A stretch of 64,000 nt of DNA from Anthoceros angustus (lineage: Eukaryota > Plantae > Anthocerotophyta). Both the position numbers and the translations under genes were made by a program. The notes beneath the pieces were generated by a model. The model was not told the DNA's origin, did no database searches, and saw only the letters and a list, made by a program, of their open reading frames with translations. Shown here in pieces: positions 21,200-34,500 of this stretch (position 1 is its first letter; every line of letters begins with the position of its first letter). The stretch lies in NCBI GenBank assembly GCA_010909165.1, contig MU008164.1, forward strand, positions 2,046,001 to 2,110,000. Reading direction: 5' to 3'.

Positions 21200-23480
21200 C
21201 CGCGCTATATGAACCGTGACGTTTGTACTCTATAGCATTGTTTCCGTGCCATATGTTATATGAATGTGACGTTTGTACTCTACAGCATTGTTCCCGCGCG
21301 ATATGAACTTGGCGTTTGTACTCTACAATGTCATTTTCGTGCTATATGAACTATGTGCTTTGATGTAAGTCTGTCCTTCGATCATACCATTTTAGCATAA
21401 TGTGAGCCTCGCTTTTGACCTAGAATGTTCCATTCCTATTCCCACGCTATGTGAACATGGCGGTTGTACTTTGTAGCATTGTTCCCGCGCGATATGAACC
21501 TGGCGTTTGTATGTACAGCGTTGTTCCCGCGCGATATGAACTTCGCGTTTGTATTATATAGCGTTGTTCCCGCGTGATATGAACTTGGTGTTTGTACTCT
21601 ACAATGTCGTTTCCGTGGTATATGAACTATGCGTTTGGCGTTTGTATTCTAGCGTTGCCCTCGCGCTATAGAAACACCGTTTGTACTGCATTACAACGTT
21701 GTTCCCACGCTATATGAACTTGGCGTTTGTACTCTATAGCGTTGTTTCCGCGCTATACGAACTAGGCGTTTGGCGTTTGTATTCTAGCGTTTTCCCGCTA
21801 TCTGAACTGGCGTTTGTACCCTCTGACGTTGTTCCGTGTTGCACAAACTAGGCGTTTGGCTTTTGTATTCTGATTGTCCCACATTATATGTACAGGCGTT
21901 TGTACTTGTACTCTAGCGTTGTTCTGCGCTCTATGAACTTGGCATATATACTCTGATTGGTCCCACGCTATATAAACATGACATTTGTACTCTACAACAT
22001 TGTTCCTACGCTATATGAACCTAGCATTTGTACTCTGATGTTGTTCCCACCTACATGAATCTGGCGTTTGTATTATACAATATTGTTCCGCCTTATATAT
22101 GAATGTGGCGTTTGTACTCTACAGCATTGTTCCCGCGCGATATGAACTTGGCGTTTGTACTCTACAATGTCATTTTCGTGCTATATGAACTATGTGCTTT
22201 GATGTAAATACATCCTTGATCATACCATTTTAGCATAATGTGAGCCTCGCTTTTGACCTAGAATGTTCCATTCCTATTCCCACGCTATGTGAACATGGCG
22301 GTTGTACTTTGTAGCATTGTTCCCGCGCGATATGAACCTGGCGTTTGTATGTACAGCGTTGTTCCCGCGCGATATGAACTTCGCGTTTGTATTATATAGC
22401 GTTGTTCCCGCGTGATATGAACTTGGTGTTTGTACTCTACAATGTCGTTTCCGTGGTATATGAACTATGCGTTTGGCGTTTGTATTCTACAACGTTGCCC
22501 TCGCGCTATAGAAACCTGCCGTTTGTACTCGTACCTTACAACGTTGTTCCCACGCTATATGAACTTGGCGTTTGTACTCTATAGCGTTGTTTCCGCGCTA
22601 TACGAACTAGGCGTTTGGCGTTTGTATTCTACAACGTTTTCCCCGCGCTATACGAACCTGGCGTTTGTACCCTACAGCGTTGTTTCCGTGTTGCACAAAC
22701 TAGGCGTTTGGCTTTTGTATTCTACAGCGTTGTCCCCACATTATATGTACCTGGCGTTTGTACTTGTACTCTACAACGTTGTTCCTGCGCTCTATGAACT
22801 TGGCATATATACTCTACAGAATTGGTCCCACGCTATATAAACATGACATTTGTACTCTACAACATTGTTCCTACGCTATATGAACCTAGCATTTGTACTC
22901 TACAGTGTTGTTCCCACCCTACATGAATCTGGCGTTTGTATTATACAATATTGTTCCCGCCTTATATGAACCTGGCGTTTCTACTCTACAGCATTGTTCC
23001 CGCTCTATATGAATCTGGCGTTTGTACTCTACAATGTTGTTCCGCGCTATATGAATCTAGAGTTTGTACACTACAGCGTTGTTCCCGCGCTATGTGACCT
23101 AGAATGTTCCATTTCTATTCTCGCCCTTTGTGGATCAAGCTTTAGTTACTTTACAACGTTGTTCGCGCCTGTGTGAACATGGTTCTTTGTTCTAAAACAT
23201 TCCTAGTCCCATTCTCGAGCTATGTGACCTAAAATGTTCCATTTCTATTGCTGCCCTATGTGAACCAAACTTTATGCACTCTATAGAGCTATTTCATTTC
23301 TGCCCTATGTAAACCTGGTTTTCTATACTAGAACATTCCTTTCCGTGCTATATGTATCTGACGTTATGTACTCTACAATGTTGTTCCAATCTCGCGGTAT
23401 GTGAACCCGATGTCATGCATTAGACTATTCTATTTCTGCGCTATGTAAACCCGACGTTCTACGCTACAACATTGTTCCAA
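21200..23480. repeat. ~42-43-bp minisatellite array with a ~0.85-kb higher-order duplication
   Basis: Unit TATGAACCTGGCGTTTGTACTCTACAGCGTTGTTCCCGCGCTA; ~21260-22099 recurs at ~22100-22968. Confidence 0.9.
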
Positions 23481-23657
23481 TCTTATGCTATGTGGCTCAC
23501 TTGAGGGCGTGCACGAAGTTGTTCCTCATTCAAAAAATATACCGTTTAAGAGATCCCAACCTCGCTCAAACGACAAAGTTCCATTTCCCATTTGCTAATT
23601 GGCCCAACAACTTTGAACCCCCTTATAACAAGCATGTATGCAGGATGAGAAGCCTTC

Positions 23658-23835
23658 GTGAATCCATTCTCTCTTGACGCCCTCCAAAAGACAATCCAAG
23701 TTGATCATGTAAGTATTACAAGCATTCATGTGGGAAGGAGGTCTTTGTGAATCCATTCTCTCTTGACGCCCTCCAAAAGACAATCCAAGTTGATCATGTA
23801 AGTATTACAAGCATTCATGTGGGAAGGAGGTCTTT
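23658..23835. repeat. 89-bp direct tandem duplication
   Basis: GTGAATCCATTCTCTCTTGACG...GGAAGGAGGTCTTT occurs twice. Confidence 0.85.
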
Positions 23836-24139
23836 GTGCCATTAAAACCCGTTCTCTCTTGAAGCCATAGGGGAGGACCACACCCGACCATTCTTTCGCA
23901 TCCTCCATGTTCTTGTTTTCAAAAAATATTCCTCTCTGTGAGTATAATACTTTATGAGAGTTCAAATTTCCACACTAACATTATGATCGTTAATTGGAAT
24001 GACATCATATTTTTTGTTCATGTGGGTGGAAACTTGATCATACTCATGTAAACTAAGTTATGATGATATTTAAAGGATCTAAGATATGTACAAAGATCAT
24101 ACTCTCTCACTAACGTTCTTTAGATAGTTATAATATATG

Positions 24140-24873
24140 CTAAAACTAAAACTAAAACTAAAACTAAAACTAAAACTAAAACTAAAACTAAAACTAAAAC
24201 TAAAACTAAAACTAAAACTAAAACTAAAACTAAAACTAAAACTAAAACTAAAACAAAACTAAAACTAAAACTAAAACTAAAACTAAAACTAAAACTAACT
24301 AAAACTACTAAAACTAAAACTAAAACTAAAACTAAAACCTAAAACTACTAAGGCTAAAACTACTAAAACCAAAACTAAAACTACTAAAACTACTAAGGCT
24401 AACTAGGGCTAAAACTAGGGCTAGGCTAAAACTAGGCTAAAACTAAGGCTACTAAGGCTAGGGCTAGGGCTAAAACTAGGGCTAGGGCTAAAACCTAGGG
24501 CTGAGCTAAAAGGCTAAAACTAAGGCTAGGGCTAAAACTAGGGCTAAGGCTAGGGCTAAAACTAAAACTAAAGCTAAGGCTAAAAGGCTAAGGCTAAGGC
24601 TAAAACTAAAGCTAGGGCTAAAACTAAAACTAGGGCTAGGCTAGGGCTACCTAACTAGGCTAAAACCAAAACTAGGGCTAAAACTACTAACTAAAACTAA
24701 AACTACTAAAACTAAAACTAAAACTAACTACTAAAACTAAAACTAAAACTAAAACTAAAACTAAAACTAAAACTAAAACTAAAACTAAAACTAAAACTAA
24801 AACTAAAACTAAAACTAAAACTAAAACTAAAACTAAAACTAAAACTAAAACTAAAACTAAAACTAAAACTAAA
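24140..24873. repeat. (CTAAAA)n array with a central CTAAGG/CTAGGG variant core
   Basis: Directly visible: pure hexamer flanks and a degenerate centre at about 24300-24720. Confidence 0.95.
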
Positions 24874-25506
24874 CGTAGACCATATTAATATATGTAGTAT
24901 AGGTAGGTAGTATGGAGTAGCTCGAGGAGTAGCAACAAGTTATGTACCACACTCCGGAACTACATAGAAAAAGGAAAAAGGATCCCGGACTAGAACTTCT
25001 GGAGACACCACACAGGATTGCGATCATCAGGTGCGAGCTTATTAAAAGTGGCTGGAAGTGATGCTCCGAAGGGGGAGGTTGGAGCAACAAGTGTGAGAGA
25101 GGAAGGAGAGCTATAAATTGCGGACATCGTGATGCGCTATTTGTGCAATTGCTATTTTCCTCGGAGCGGTAGCCAACCAGCAGAGTCGGGCGTTGCTGGT
25201 TGCGCGCTTCTGTAGGCCGCAGCTCCTGTTCCTGGGCTTCCCCGGCCCCGCCCTGTGCTCCTCCCGCTCCTGGTTCCTGCTGCTCCGCTGTGCTGCGTGC
25301 TGTGTTGCCTGTGCTGTGCTGCGGGACAAGCTTGGTTGGGCCTGGCCTGGCCCGCCCATCTCCTCCCTGGCTTCATCAGAACCCGCCTCCCCGAGGTGCC
25401 CGCGCTCCCCGCTCTCAGACCAGTCCCCCTGGTGGTGGTGCGACTGCCTGCCCCGCTGGCGCCTCCACGACCTCCTCCTCCTTCCCGCCCCCGCAACTCC
25501 CCCTCA

Positions 25507-25524
25507 ATGCGGCCCGCGCGGTAG
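25507..25524 (+). promoter_or_regulatory. Short uORF (MRPAR*) in the probable TOR 5' leader
   Basis: ATG CGG CCC GCG CGG TAG ends 19 nt before the inferred TOR ATG. Confidence 0.45.
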
Positions 25525-25543
25525 CCAGGGAGCAGCGGCAAGC

Positions 25544-28500
25544 ATGGCAGCGGGACCCCTCACGCAGCTGCAGCAGCATGCGCACTCGCAGCACTCCCAC
25601 TCGCTGCACCACCATGGCCACGGGCCGGGCCCGGCGGCCCAGCCCGGCTCCCAGGGCCTGCTGCTGCACGCGGGGGCGCTCGGGATTGCGCAGCCCGGCT
25701 CGCTCCACCTGCACCAGCTCCATCGCCAGATCACGCAGGGGCCCGACACCGTGCGCCGCCTCCTCGCCGACCTCTGCCGTACTGGCTCCCACCAGGTGCG
25801 TTCCCCCGCTGCTTGCTGTAGGGTAGGAGCGAGCTGCCGGAGCAGCAGCAGCAGCAGCAGCAGTGTGTGTGTTTCGGTGTCGCCCATCCAGTGTCGGAGT
25901 GGTGGGTTGGTGCATTCGTTGCTCCTGTCCCTCCAGAGCTTTGAGCCCAGGTCGTGGTTTCGCACAATTCGGTCGCTGATCGGGTGGCGAGGGCCCAATT
26001 CTGTCTGCCGCCTCCCGTCCTGCCTCATTGTCTCGCTTCTCCGCTGGGCTGGGGGGACTGGGTGCATTCACGCTCACCGAATTGCATGTGGGCAGCTCGC
26101 AGACTCCCTTGGAGAAGTGTGGGGAAGCGGCATTGAGGCCCAGTCAGTTGCATTGGTGAGAGACAGGATGTTGGCCTGGCCGCAGGGCGTGCATTCGTCC
26201 GGAGGACCCCGGTGCCTCGCTCCGCTGCTTTTGCAGTGGCGGGCTTCTGTCGCGAGGCTCGTGTGTCGCTGGCCCGGCTGTGTGCGAAGGTGACATTTGT
26301 TTGTGGAAGAGGTCGACTTGCCGCCGCTGCCATCGTTTCTGACAAGGGGGGGGAGATGGGCTTGTCATCTGAGTCGGAATGTGGTGTTTTGTTTCCATCT
26401 CGGTTGCTGTTGGGTTGGGAGGATCGTGCCAGTCTCGTTTTTGGAGCCGTTCGTGTTGATGTTGCTGCGCTCGGTATCCGCGTCGGCGAAACAGGCTCGC
26501 TGTCTTGTGGTTGTGGGTCAGATGCCGCCCTGCCTGTTGCACAGGGCAGGTGCTGGTGTGACATCAGCAGCGGGTGGTTGCTTGGTAAGGTGGTATTGAT
26601 TATCGTCGCGATAAACAGGAGGCTATGGTTCTTCGGAAGCATGTCGAGGAGGAAGCGCGAGACCTTGGAGGAGAGGCGTATCAACGGTTTATGGAGAACT
26701 TCTACGAGTCCATCCAGAAGTGCTTAGCGAGTGAAGATGTGCATGAGAACCTGGGCGCAGTCCGTGCTATTGATGATCTCATTGATGTCCGATTGGGGGA
26801 GAATGCCACCAAAGTTGCACGTTTTGCTGGTTATCTTGGGGATGTCTTTGAGACGAAGCGGGATTTTGAGACTCTGGTGGCTGCAAGTTCAGCTCTGGGG
26901 CATCTCGTGCACGAAGGTGGAGCTCTTACGATCGACGTTGTTGAGTTTCAGGTTGGTTCTCTGCTAGGGGTAGCTTGCCCTCGACTGGTTTCTACTGTTG
27001 CTATAGTTGTTGAATGTGGCCCACCCTGGATTTCACGTCGAGATGGGAGAGCTCAATGTGCTGTTGCCCTTTTTTGGACAGTTGACGCGGTCTTTGAGCT
27101 GGTTACAAGGGGAACGAGTGGAGCATAGACGCTTTGCTGCTGTGCATATACTGAAGGTTCGGTCTTCTGAACTTTCTCATGTGTTTTGTGCCGTGAACTG
27201 GACTGTTTTTTGATGGTGTTGTAATTCTTCTTGTGCAGGAGATGGCAGAGCATGCTTCGACTGTTTTCAATATACATGTGCCTGAGTTTATTGATGCTGT
27301 CTGGGTTGCCTTACGAGATCCAAGCCTTGCAATACGGGAAGGGGCTGTGGAAGCTCTTCGTGCTTGCCTTCGTGTGATTGAGACAAGGGAAACCCGATGG
27401 CGTGTGCAATGGTGAGGGGATGGTGTTAGGTTTTTATTGTAGTTTCCGTCTGCTAGCTTCTCCATGCTCCTCAACCCATCCTTGCTTCCAGGTATTATCG
27501 CATGTTTGAGGCCACACAGGATGGTCTTGCAAAGAATGCCAATGTAGAAAGCATCCATGGCTCGTTGCTGGCAGTTGGAGAGCTTCTAAGGTAGGTGGTT
27601 TGGTATTTGAATTCGATTTGCTCGTCTGCTTAAGAATGTGAGGCCATTATTGTTCCCTCTCTGACTGGAACCCTGATTGTTTCCTTGATGCAGGAACACA
27701 GGTGATTTCATGATGTCTCGTTACAAGGAAGTAGCAGCCATTGTGTTTAAGTACAGGGAGCATCGGGACAAGCTTGTTCGGCGTAGTATTACTGCTCTCT
27801 TGCCACGGATTGCTGATTTTCTGCGGGACCGCTTCATAAACTCTTATCTGACGGTTGGTATTGTATGATGCTGTAGCTGTTTTGCTGGCTGAAAAGCGAA
27901 AATTGGGTTGTCAGAAGTCATTCATTGTCCGCAGATCTGTATGGAGCATCTTCTAGCTGTCATGCGCAATCCCACAGAGCGGGCTAGCGGTTTTGATGCT
28001 CTTGGAGAGATGGCTCAGTCTATTGGTCGGGAACTGAAGTCGTATCTACCTGTCATTGCTGCATTGCTACGGGACGCGGTATCTTTCACCAATGACTTTG
28101 GTTTATTTCACCACATGTTTTGCTACAGACGTCTTTGCTCTGTGCATAACGATCTCATTGGCCCATGCCATTCAAATACTGCCAACCTGAATCAGATGTT
28201 GAACTTGGTCTACAGATAGCGCCACGGAGGGGAAAGCCTTGTCCTAGTGCTATAGCATGTGTTGGTTGTCTTGCTGAGGCGCTGAAATCAGATATGGAAG
28301 AGCATGTCCGGGGGCTATTGGACCTGATGTTTGCTGCTGGCCTGACACCAATTCTTGTTGAATCCCTGACGAAAATTGGAAGGAGGTAGGCTCTTTGATC
28401 ACCTAGAATGCTGTACAGATGTATTTCTTTGTGAGCCCTTTGTTGCTTCTGGCAGTCTTGCACCGTAGGTGTGACACAATGGGTGCAATTCTTTACAGCA

Positions 28501-31500
28501 TGGACTCGCTCTTACCCAAGATTCAAGAGAAGCTTCTAGAGACAATTTCATATGTTTTGGCTAAAACTCCTTATCGATCAACCAAAGGGGTTGTGCGGTC
28601 TGCTTCTTCTCCTACTTTACAGCCTTTGCCTGATATTCCAGGCCCAGCTCTCACCCAACTTGCGCTCAGGACATTGGCTGAGTTCAATCTCACGGTAACT
28701 GTGTTTGTGTTACCCTGTGCCTGTTTGGACATTTAGCCTTTAATCGCGTTTAAAACTTGTCTGTGACTATGGTTTTTCACAGGGTCATGAGCTACTAGAG
28801 TTCGCAAGGGAATCTGTTGTGGCCTATTTAGATGACGAAGATCCTGTGACCCGGAGGGATGCTGCAATATGCTGCTGTAGGCTTGTTGAGCACTCCGTGA
28901 GCACAGCTGAGGCCGATGCAGCAGCATCTCGCCTCTGGACAACGCAAAGTCCACGAGGGATCGCAGTAGGCTTCAGAAGGCGTCGTTATCTGATTGAAGA
29001 GGTTAGTGCATGTTCATTGCATGGCTTGGGGGGGCAGGATGGGGGGGGTGTTTTCTTTCCATGCTTACCTAGGTTTTAATTCATGATCTTGTGTATCTTT
29101 ACCATGGCTGATCCAGTAGGATGATGCAGATCTTGGAGAAGCTTCTGGTGGCAGCAGTAGCAGATACAGATGCTGGTGTTCGCTCAGCCATTTATTTGGC
29201 TCTTTCAAAAAATCGAAGTTTCGAGGACTTCCTGGCACAGGCAGACAGTCTGCGTGCTGTCTTCATTTCTCTCAATGATGAGGTGAGGTTTAGGCCCATG
29301 TGTCATCTGTTAGTACATTCCTGACTTCTAATTGGCATAATCATTGGCTGTATGAAGTTTCAGAGTGTTTGTATTTGTTTCATACTGTGGTATCTCATGT
29401 GTCTCCAGTCATTTGAAGTACGAGAGCGGGCCATCATCATGGCCGGCAGGCTTGCGGAGAAAAATCCAGCATATGTCCTGCCTGCTCTGAGGAGACATCT
29501 TCTGCAGCTGCTTAGGGACTTGGAGCAAAGGTACAAGGCTGGGGTTGTATGTTGTGTTGTGTATGGTAATACTTGAATCAGGTCCACTATCTGGAGATGT
29601 TTTGTGACAACGTTGCTTTTGGTATCTTCAGTCCTGAAAGTAAAAGTAGGGAGGAGAGTGCAAAATTGCTGGGATGTCTCATCAAGGCATGTGAACGTCT
29701 CATGGCGCCCTACATTACTCCGGTTCTAAAGGTGAGTTTGAACACTTTGGAGGAAAATGTTGGCCAGTTTGCTTGAACTATATGGAGAGCTCAGATGCAG
29801 CAAGAAACTAGATAAGTCTCAATTTCATGCCTCTTTTCTCTGTTGTGCAGACTTTGATTGCTAAGCTGGGTGATGGGCTTGTGGGAAGTGGTAACAACGG
29901 AGTAGTGACAGGAGTCTTAGCTACAGTTGGGGAGTTAGCCAGAGTGGTAAATATTCCTTTCCTGCAATCTGTTTTGGCTAATTCGTTTGCAATAAGCTAG
30001 CTTGGGTGGGAGCAATTGAAGAAACCAGGTCCGTTCTACTGCTTGGTAAAAGGTTGTTGGGCTCTATCAAAGGGTGATGTTGTTTGTTTCAGGGGGGCTT
30101 GGCGATTGTACCAGATCTTCCAAGTCTGATGCCTCGTATTGTGGATGCACTTATGGATGGTGCCTCTTCAACAAAAAGAGAAGTGGCAGTTTCTACCCTT
30201 GGGAAAATAGCAGCAAGCACGGGGTAAAGTTGACATACATGGGGCGTGGACTATGTCTATTTGCTTGTCGTACGACCTCTCTTCTCATCTTTATACATTG
30301 CTGGCAGGTATGTGGTTGCTCCATATAGGGACCATCCAACCCTGCTTGGAGTCTTGTTACGACTCCTGGATGGTGATCTCAAATGGTCGACAAGGCAGGA
30401 GGTGCTGAAGGTACACCAAGCTGTCTCTGTGGTCTGCTAGACCAGCTGATGACGAGTTTGTTGCTGTACTTTTTTGTAATGTGGTCTGAGTGCATGAATC
30501 TGGTGATAACAGGTTCTTGGTATCATGGGGGCTCTTGATCCTCATATCCACAAGCAAAATTTACAAAAACTACCGGGTCCGTATGGGGAAGGAGCACGTG
30601 GGGCAGCTTCTGAATCAGGAACCCTTGTTCGTTCCGTGGAGGAGCTTCCTGTGGAGCTCTGGCAGTCTGGAGGGTTGTCTGGATCATCTGATGACTACTA
30701 TCCTACTGTAGGGATTTGTTTCAGTTGCTGACATCTCGTCTTTCGCTTTTTGGGAATTTGTTGTGAAACTCTCCTGTAGATAATTGCAAGTGTCAACGCA
30801 TGCCATACTTTGCTTGATGTACAGGTTGCCATCAATGCACTGATCCGAATTCTTCGTGAGCCCTCCCACTCCAGTTATCACATGAGCGTTGTGAAGTCAC
30901 TGATGTATATATTTAAGGTGTTTCCTTGATTTCCCTGTTCTGACATCAATTTTTGGGTAGTTGAAGAAGAGAGTCACCTGTACTTATTTGGTAATTGGGA
31001 ATTGGTATTAACTCTCCAAACTGTATCTATTGTAGGCCATGGGACTAGCTTCTGTGCCATATCTTCCTAGAGTAAGTAATCTTCGTTGTACTTGTCTTTT
31101 CTGCGTAATGCAATTTTTCCCAGAGTGGAATGCTTGTGGTCTGGGCGCCTCAGTCCCTCCGTTTCCTTCTCATTATCACCTGAGTGATTAGCTACCTGTC
31201 AGTACATTGTCTGTTGTACCTTTACGCCTTCTTAACTCCTTCTTTTGGTTCTCTTCTGATATCAGGTTATGCCGGATCTTCTTGTAATTGTTCGCACATG
31301 TGATGAGGGTCTGCGGGAGTATATTGTTTTGCAACTGGCAGTCTTAGTCTCAATTGTGAAGCAGGTATGGTGTATAGGATCAGACAGCTCCACAGACACT
31401 GGGTGACCTCTGTGTTCTGCTGACCCTGTTTCTGCTGTCGATGCAGCATATACGCAAGCATCTTGACGATGTGCTCGTTCTGATTTCCGACTACTGGACA

Positions 31501-34500
31501 ACTATGATCCTTCCGGCATCTTCTCGACCAAATGCTGGTTCTCCGGTGAGAGCATTCTTCGTAGTATGTTTGACATGATTCTCTGGAGTAGGGTGGTCTA
31601 GCAGCTTACAATACCATTGTCTGGATAAGAAAGGTACCTTACACAAATCTCTCTAAAAAGCTGCACATTGCTATATTGTCTTTGTGCTTAATGCTGATGA
31701 AGGTAAGGCTCTGTTTGCAGATTCTGAATCTGGTGCAACAGCTCTGCCTGGCACTGAATGATGAATTTCGCACTTACCTTCCAGAGTTGTTGCCACGGTG
31801 TCTGCAACTTCTGAATGACCCTGATTCTGCCTGTGTTCCTCAAGCTCTACAGACATTAGAAGTTTTTGGTGGTGAGTACTGGTTGCTTAAGCAAGTTGGT
31901 GGGTTAAACGTAGCATGCAATGCTGCTGACCAGGTCTGCACAATGCTGTGCAGCAAGCTTGGATGATCACCTACACCTGGTTCTTCCGGCCCTTGTGAGG
32001 CTTTTCACACCAGATGCATCTAATGCATCGCTGGAGATACAACGAGCATCACTGAGGACTATGTCCCATCTGTTGCCTTCCATGCAGGTAGGACACAATT
32101 CTTGTTTTGATGTGTCCTCATGTTCGCTTGAAGCTGTACTGTCTATTGAGCTTCTTCAACAGCAAATGTCGATGGTGTGTGGACCTATTTTGAAGAAGTC
32201 TATTTGGGTTGACATTCACTGACTGAACCAGGTGTGGTCCTTCATGCAGGTGTCTGGGCACGTATCCACATTGATACATCCATTGATGAGAATACTAGAT
32301 GGGTGAGCTTGATAGTTCTTGAACGCTAGCCATCCTTGTATTTCTTTGAAAATGTTCTTTCCACAGGGGTCTCAAGCCTCTTGAGGTCAAGCATGCTGAT
32401 GGCAAGTGTGTGAGTTCCGTTCTTTTGTCAATTTACTGATGATCTTTTCTGAACTTCTATGTTTCAGCACGGTTGATGAGCTGCGAAAGGATGCAGTTGA
32501 TGCTCTTTGTGCCTTGGCAGTAGCACTGGGATCAGATTTCTATCTCTTTGTCTCTTCAGTGAGAAAGCTGTTGCAGAAACATCATCTGCAGGTGTGACTT
32601 TGTGGCAGGTCATTGCATAGTTTTCTCCTTTTTCCTCTCACTTGGAGCTAGCTCGGACATCTGATGCATTGCACACTGCCCTTGTAGCATCCACTCTTTG
32701 ATGAGATAGAGCGTCGACTTCGCCGTAGAGATCCTATTGCCGAGTTGCATCTTCCGTCCCGAATGTCTACTGTTACGGCAATGGGGGATGGGATGAGTTT
32801 GGCTGGGAACTCTGTTCATGGAGTAGATTCGGAATCCGAGCGCTATGAGCTTGATGCAACAGGCTCTTTCAGATCATTAAAGGTCAGTGCTTTCTCAATT
32901 TGGTGAGTACAAGCTACGAAGGGACTTTATGAAGATTCTGTTGTGACCTTTCTGCAGATGAATGAAGGACATCTACGAAATGTGTGGGAAACTTCAAAGC
33001 GAAGCACCAAGGACGATTGGTCAGAATGGATGCGGCACTTCAGTGTAGAGTTGCTGAAGGAGTCCCCTTCCCCAGCATTGCGCACTTGTGCAGGGTTGGC
33101 GCAAGTGCAGGTATTGGACACACTTTCGATACTTTGTGGCGTTTGTCATTACAGTTTGTCCATATCCTCACTGCTTACTGGTTGTCCGTTGTTTCAGCCC
33201 TACATGGCTAGGGAACTTTTTGCTGCTGCGTTTGTGAGTTGTTGGGGGCAACTTAATGAGCTTAATCAAGATCAGCTTGTGAGAAGCTTGAACAGTGCCT
33301 TCATGTCACCCAATATCCCTCCAGAGATACTGGCAACACTTCTGAACCTGGTTTGGACACCCCCCTTATGAGCATTACTCTAAAGTTGAGAGGATGGGTC
33401 TGATGCATTTTTCTATACTTAATGCATGAATCGTTCATGGTAGGCTGAATTTATGGAACATGATGAGAAGGAGCTTCCAATTGACATCAGGAATCTGGGT
33501 GCTCTTGCTGAAAAGGTTTTTGACTTCTGCACTGTGAAATGGGCTTGCTCGGTGCTTTTGTCTCCTGAATTGATGTATCTGTCCACGTGATCATCCCTGT
33601 CCTGCTCAAAAGCATTTGGTTGTTCCCAGTGCCACGCATTTGCTAAGGCTTTGCGATACAAGGAAGTGGAGTTTGCTGGTCTAGTAGCTGGACTACAAGC
33701 TGTTGCCAAAGATGCACAACCCAGCCTTGTTGTAGAATCGCTGATTCACATTAACAATCAGCTCAATCAGCATGAGGTAAAACATCTGCTGGATTGATAC
33801 TCCTCATTTCTCCAAGGATAAACTACCTTTTGTTGAGAAGCAAGCTTTAAGAATTCCCTTGTTCCTGATATTGCGTGCTGAATGCAGGCTGCTGTCGGCA
33901 TACTGACATATGCACGGCAACAATCAGTTTTGGGTGATCACCTGAAGGAATCATGGTATTATGGTTGTGGCTTGTTTCTTTTCAGTTGGCTCCCAGGATC
34001 TTACAGTATGACTCTCGTCTCACAAGTGTGTAATGACAGGTATGAGAAGCTGCAGCGCTGGGAGGAAGCACTGGCGGCGTATGAGGGGGCTTGGCAAGTT
34101 GAGGATCCTCACGCTGTGCTTGAGCGCACTCTTGGTATGTGGTTGAGACAGATGGATGCGAGACTCGGTTTAGCTTTGCCATTGTTGTGAGCTGTTGATA
34201 TGCTACTACTGATGCTCATCTTCTGTCATGTGCGTAAGCCTTGAGCAAAAGTTGACTCACTTTCTTTATTGCCCTGGTTTTAGGGAAGATGCGCTGCTTG
34301 GCTGCTCTGGCCCGGTGGGATGAGCTGAGTGATCTTTGTCGCAGATCATGGGCTGCGTCCGAGGGGTCTGCCCGAAGGCAGATGGCTCCAATGGTCTGTA
34401 TGGACGGGTCCCACTTGCTTCAATGTGAATGGCAAACTTATGGTGAAATTCAACATTGATGGATTTTTGGCTTGACTCAAACAGGCTGCCAGTGCTGCTT

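Noticed and set aside
22387-23176. Repetitive hydrophobic ORFs
   Set aside because: Translations of the 42-43-bp minisatellite; variable unit length breaks the frame.
24140-24873. True telomere
   Set aside because: The unit is not TTTAGGG and the array is flanked by unique sequence on both sides.
25152-26727. Several long overlapping ORFs around TOR exon 1 and intron 1
   Set aside because: Explained by high GC content; only the TOR exon frame matches a known protein.
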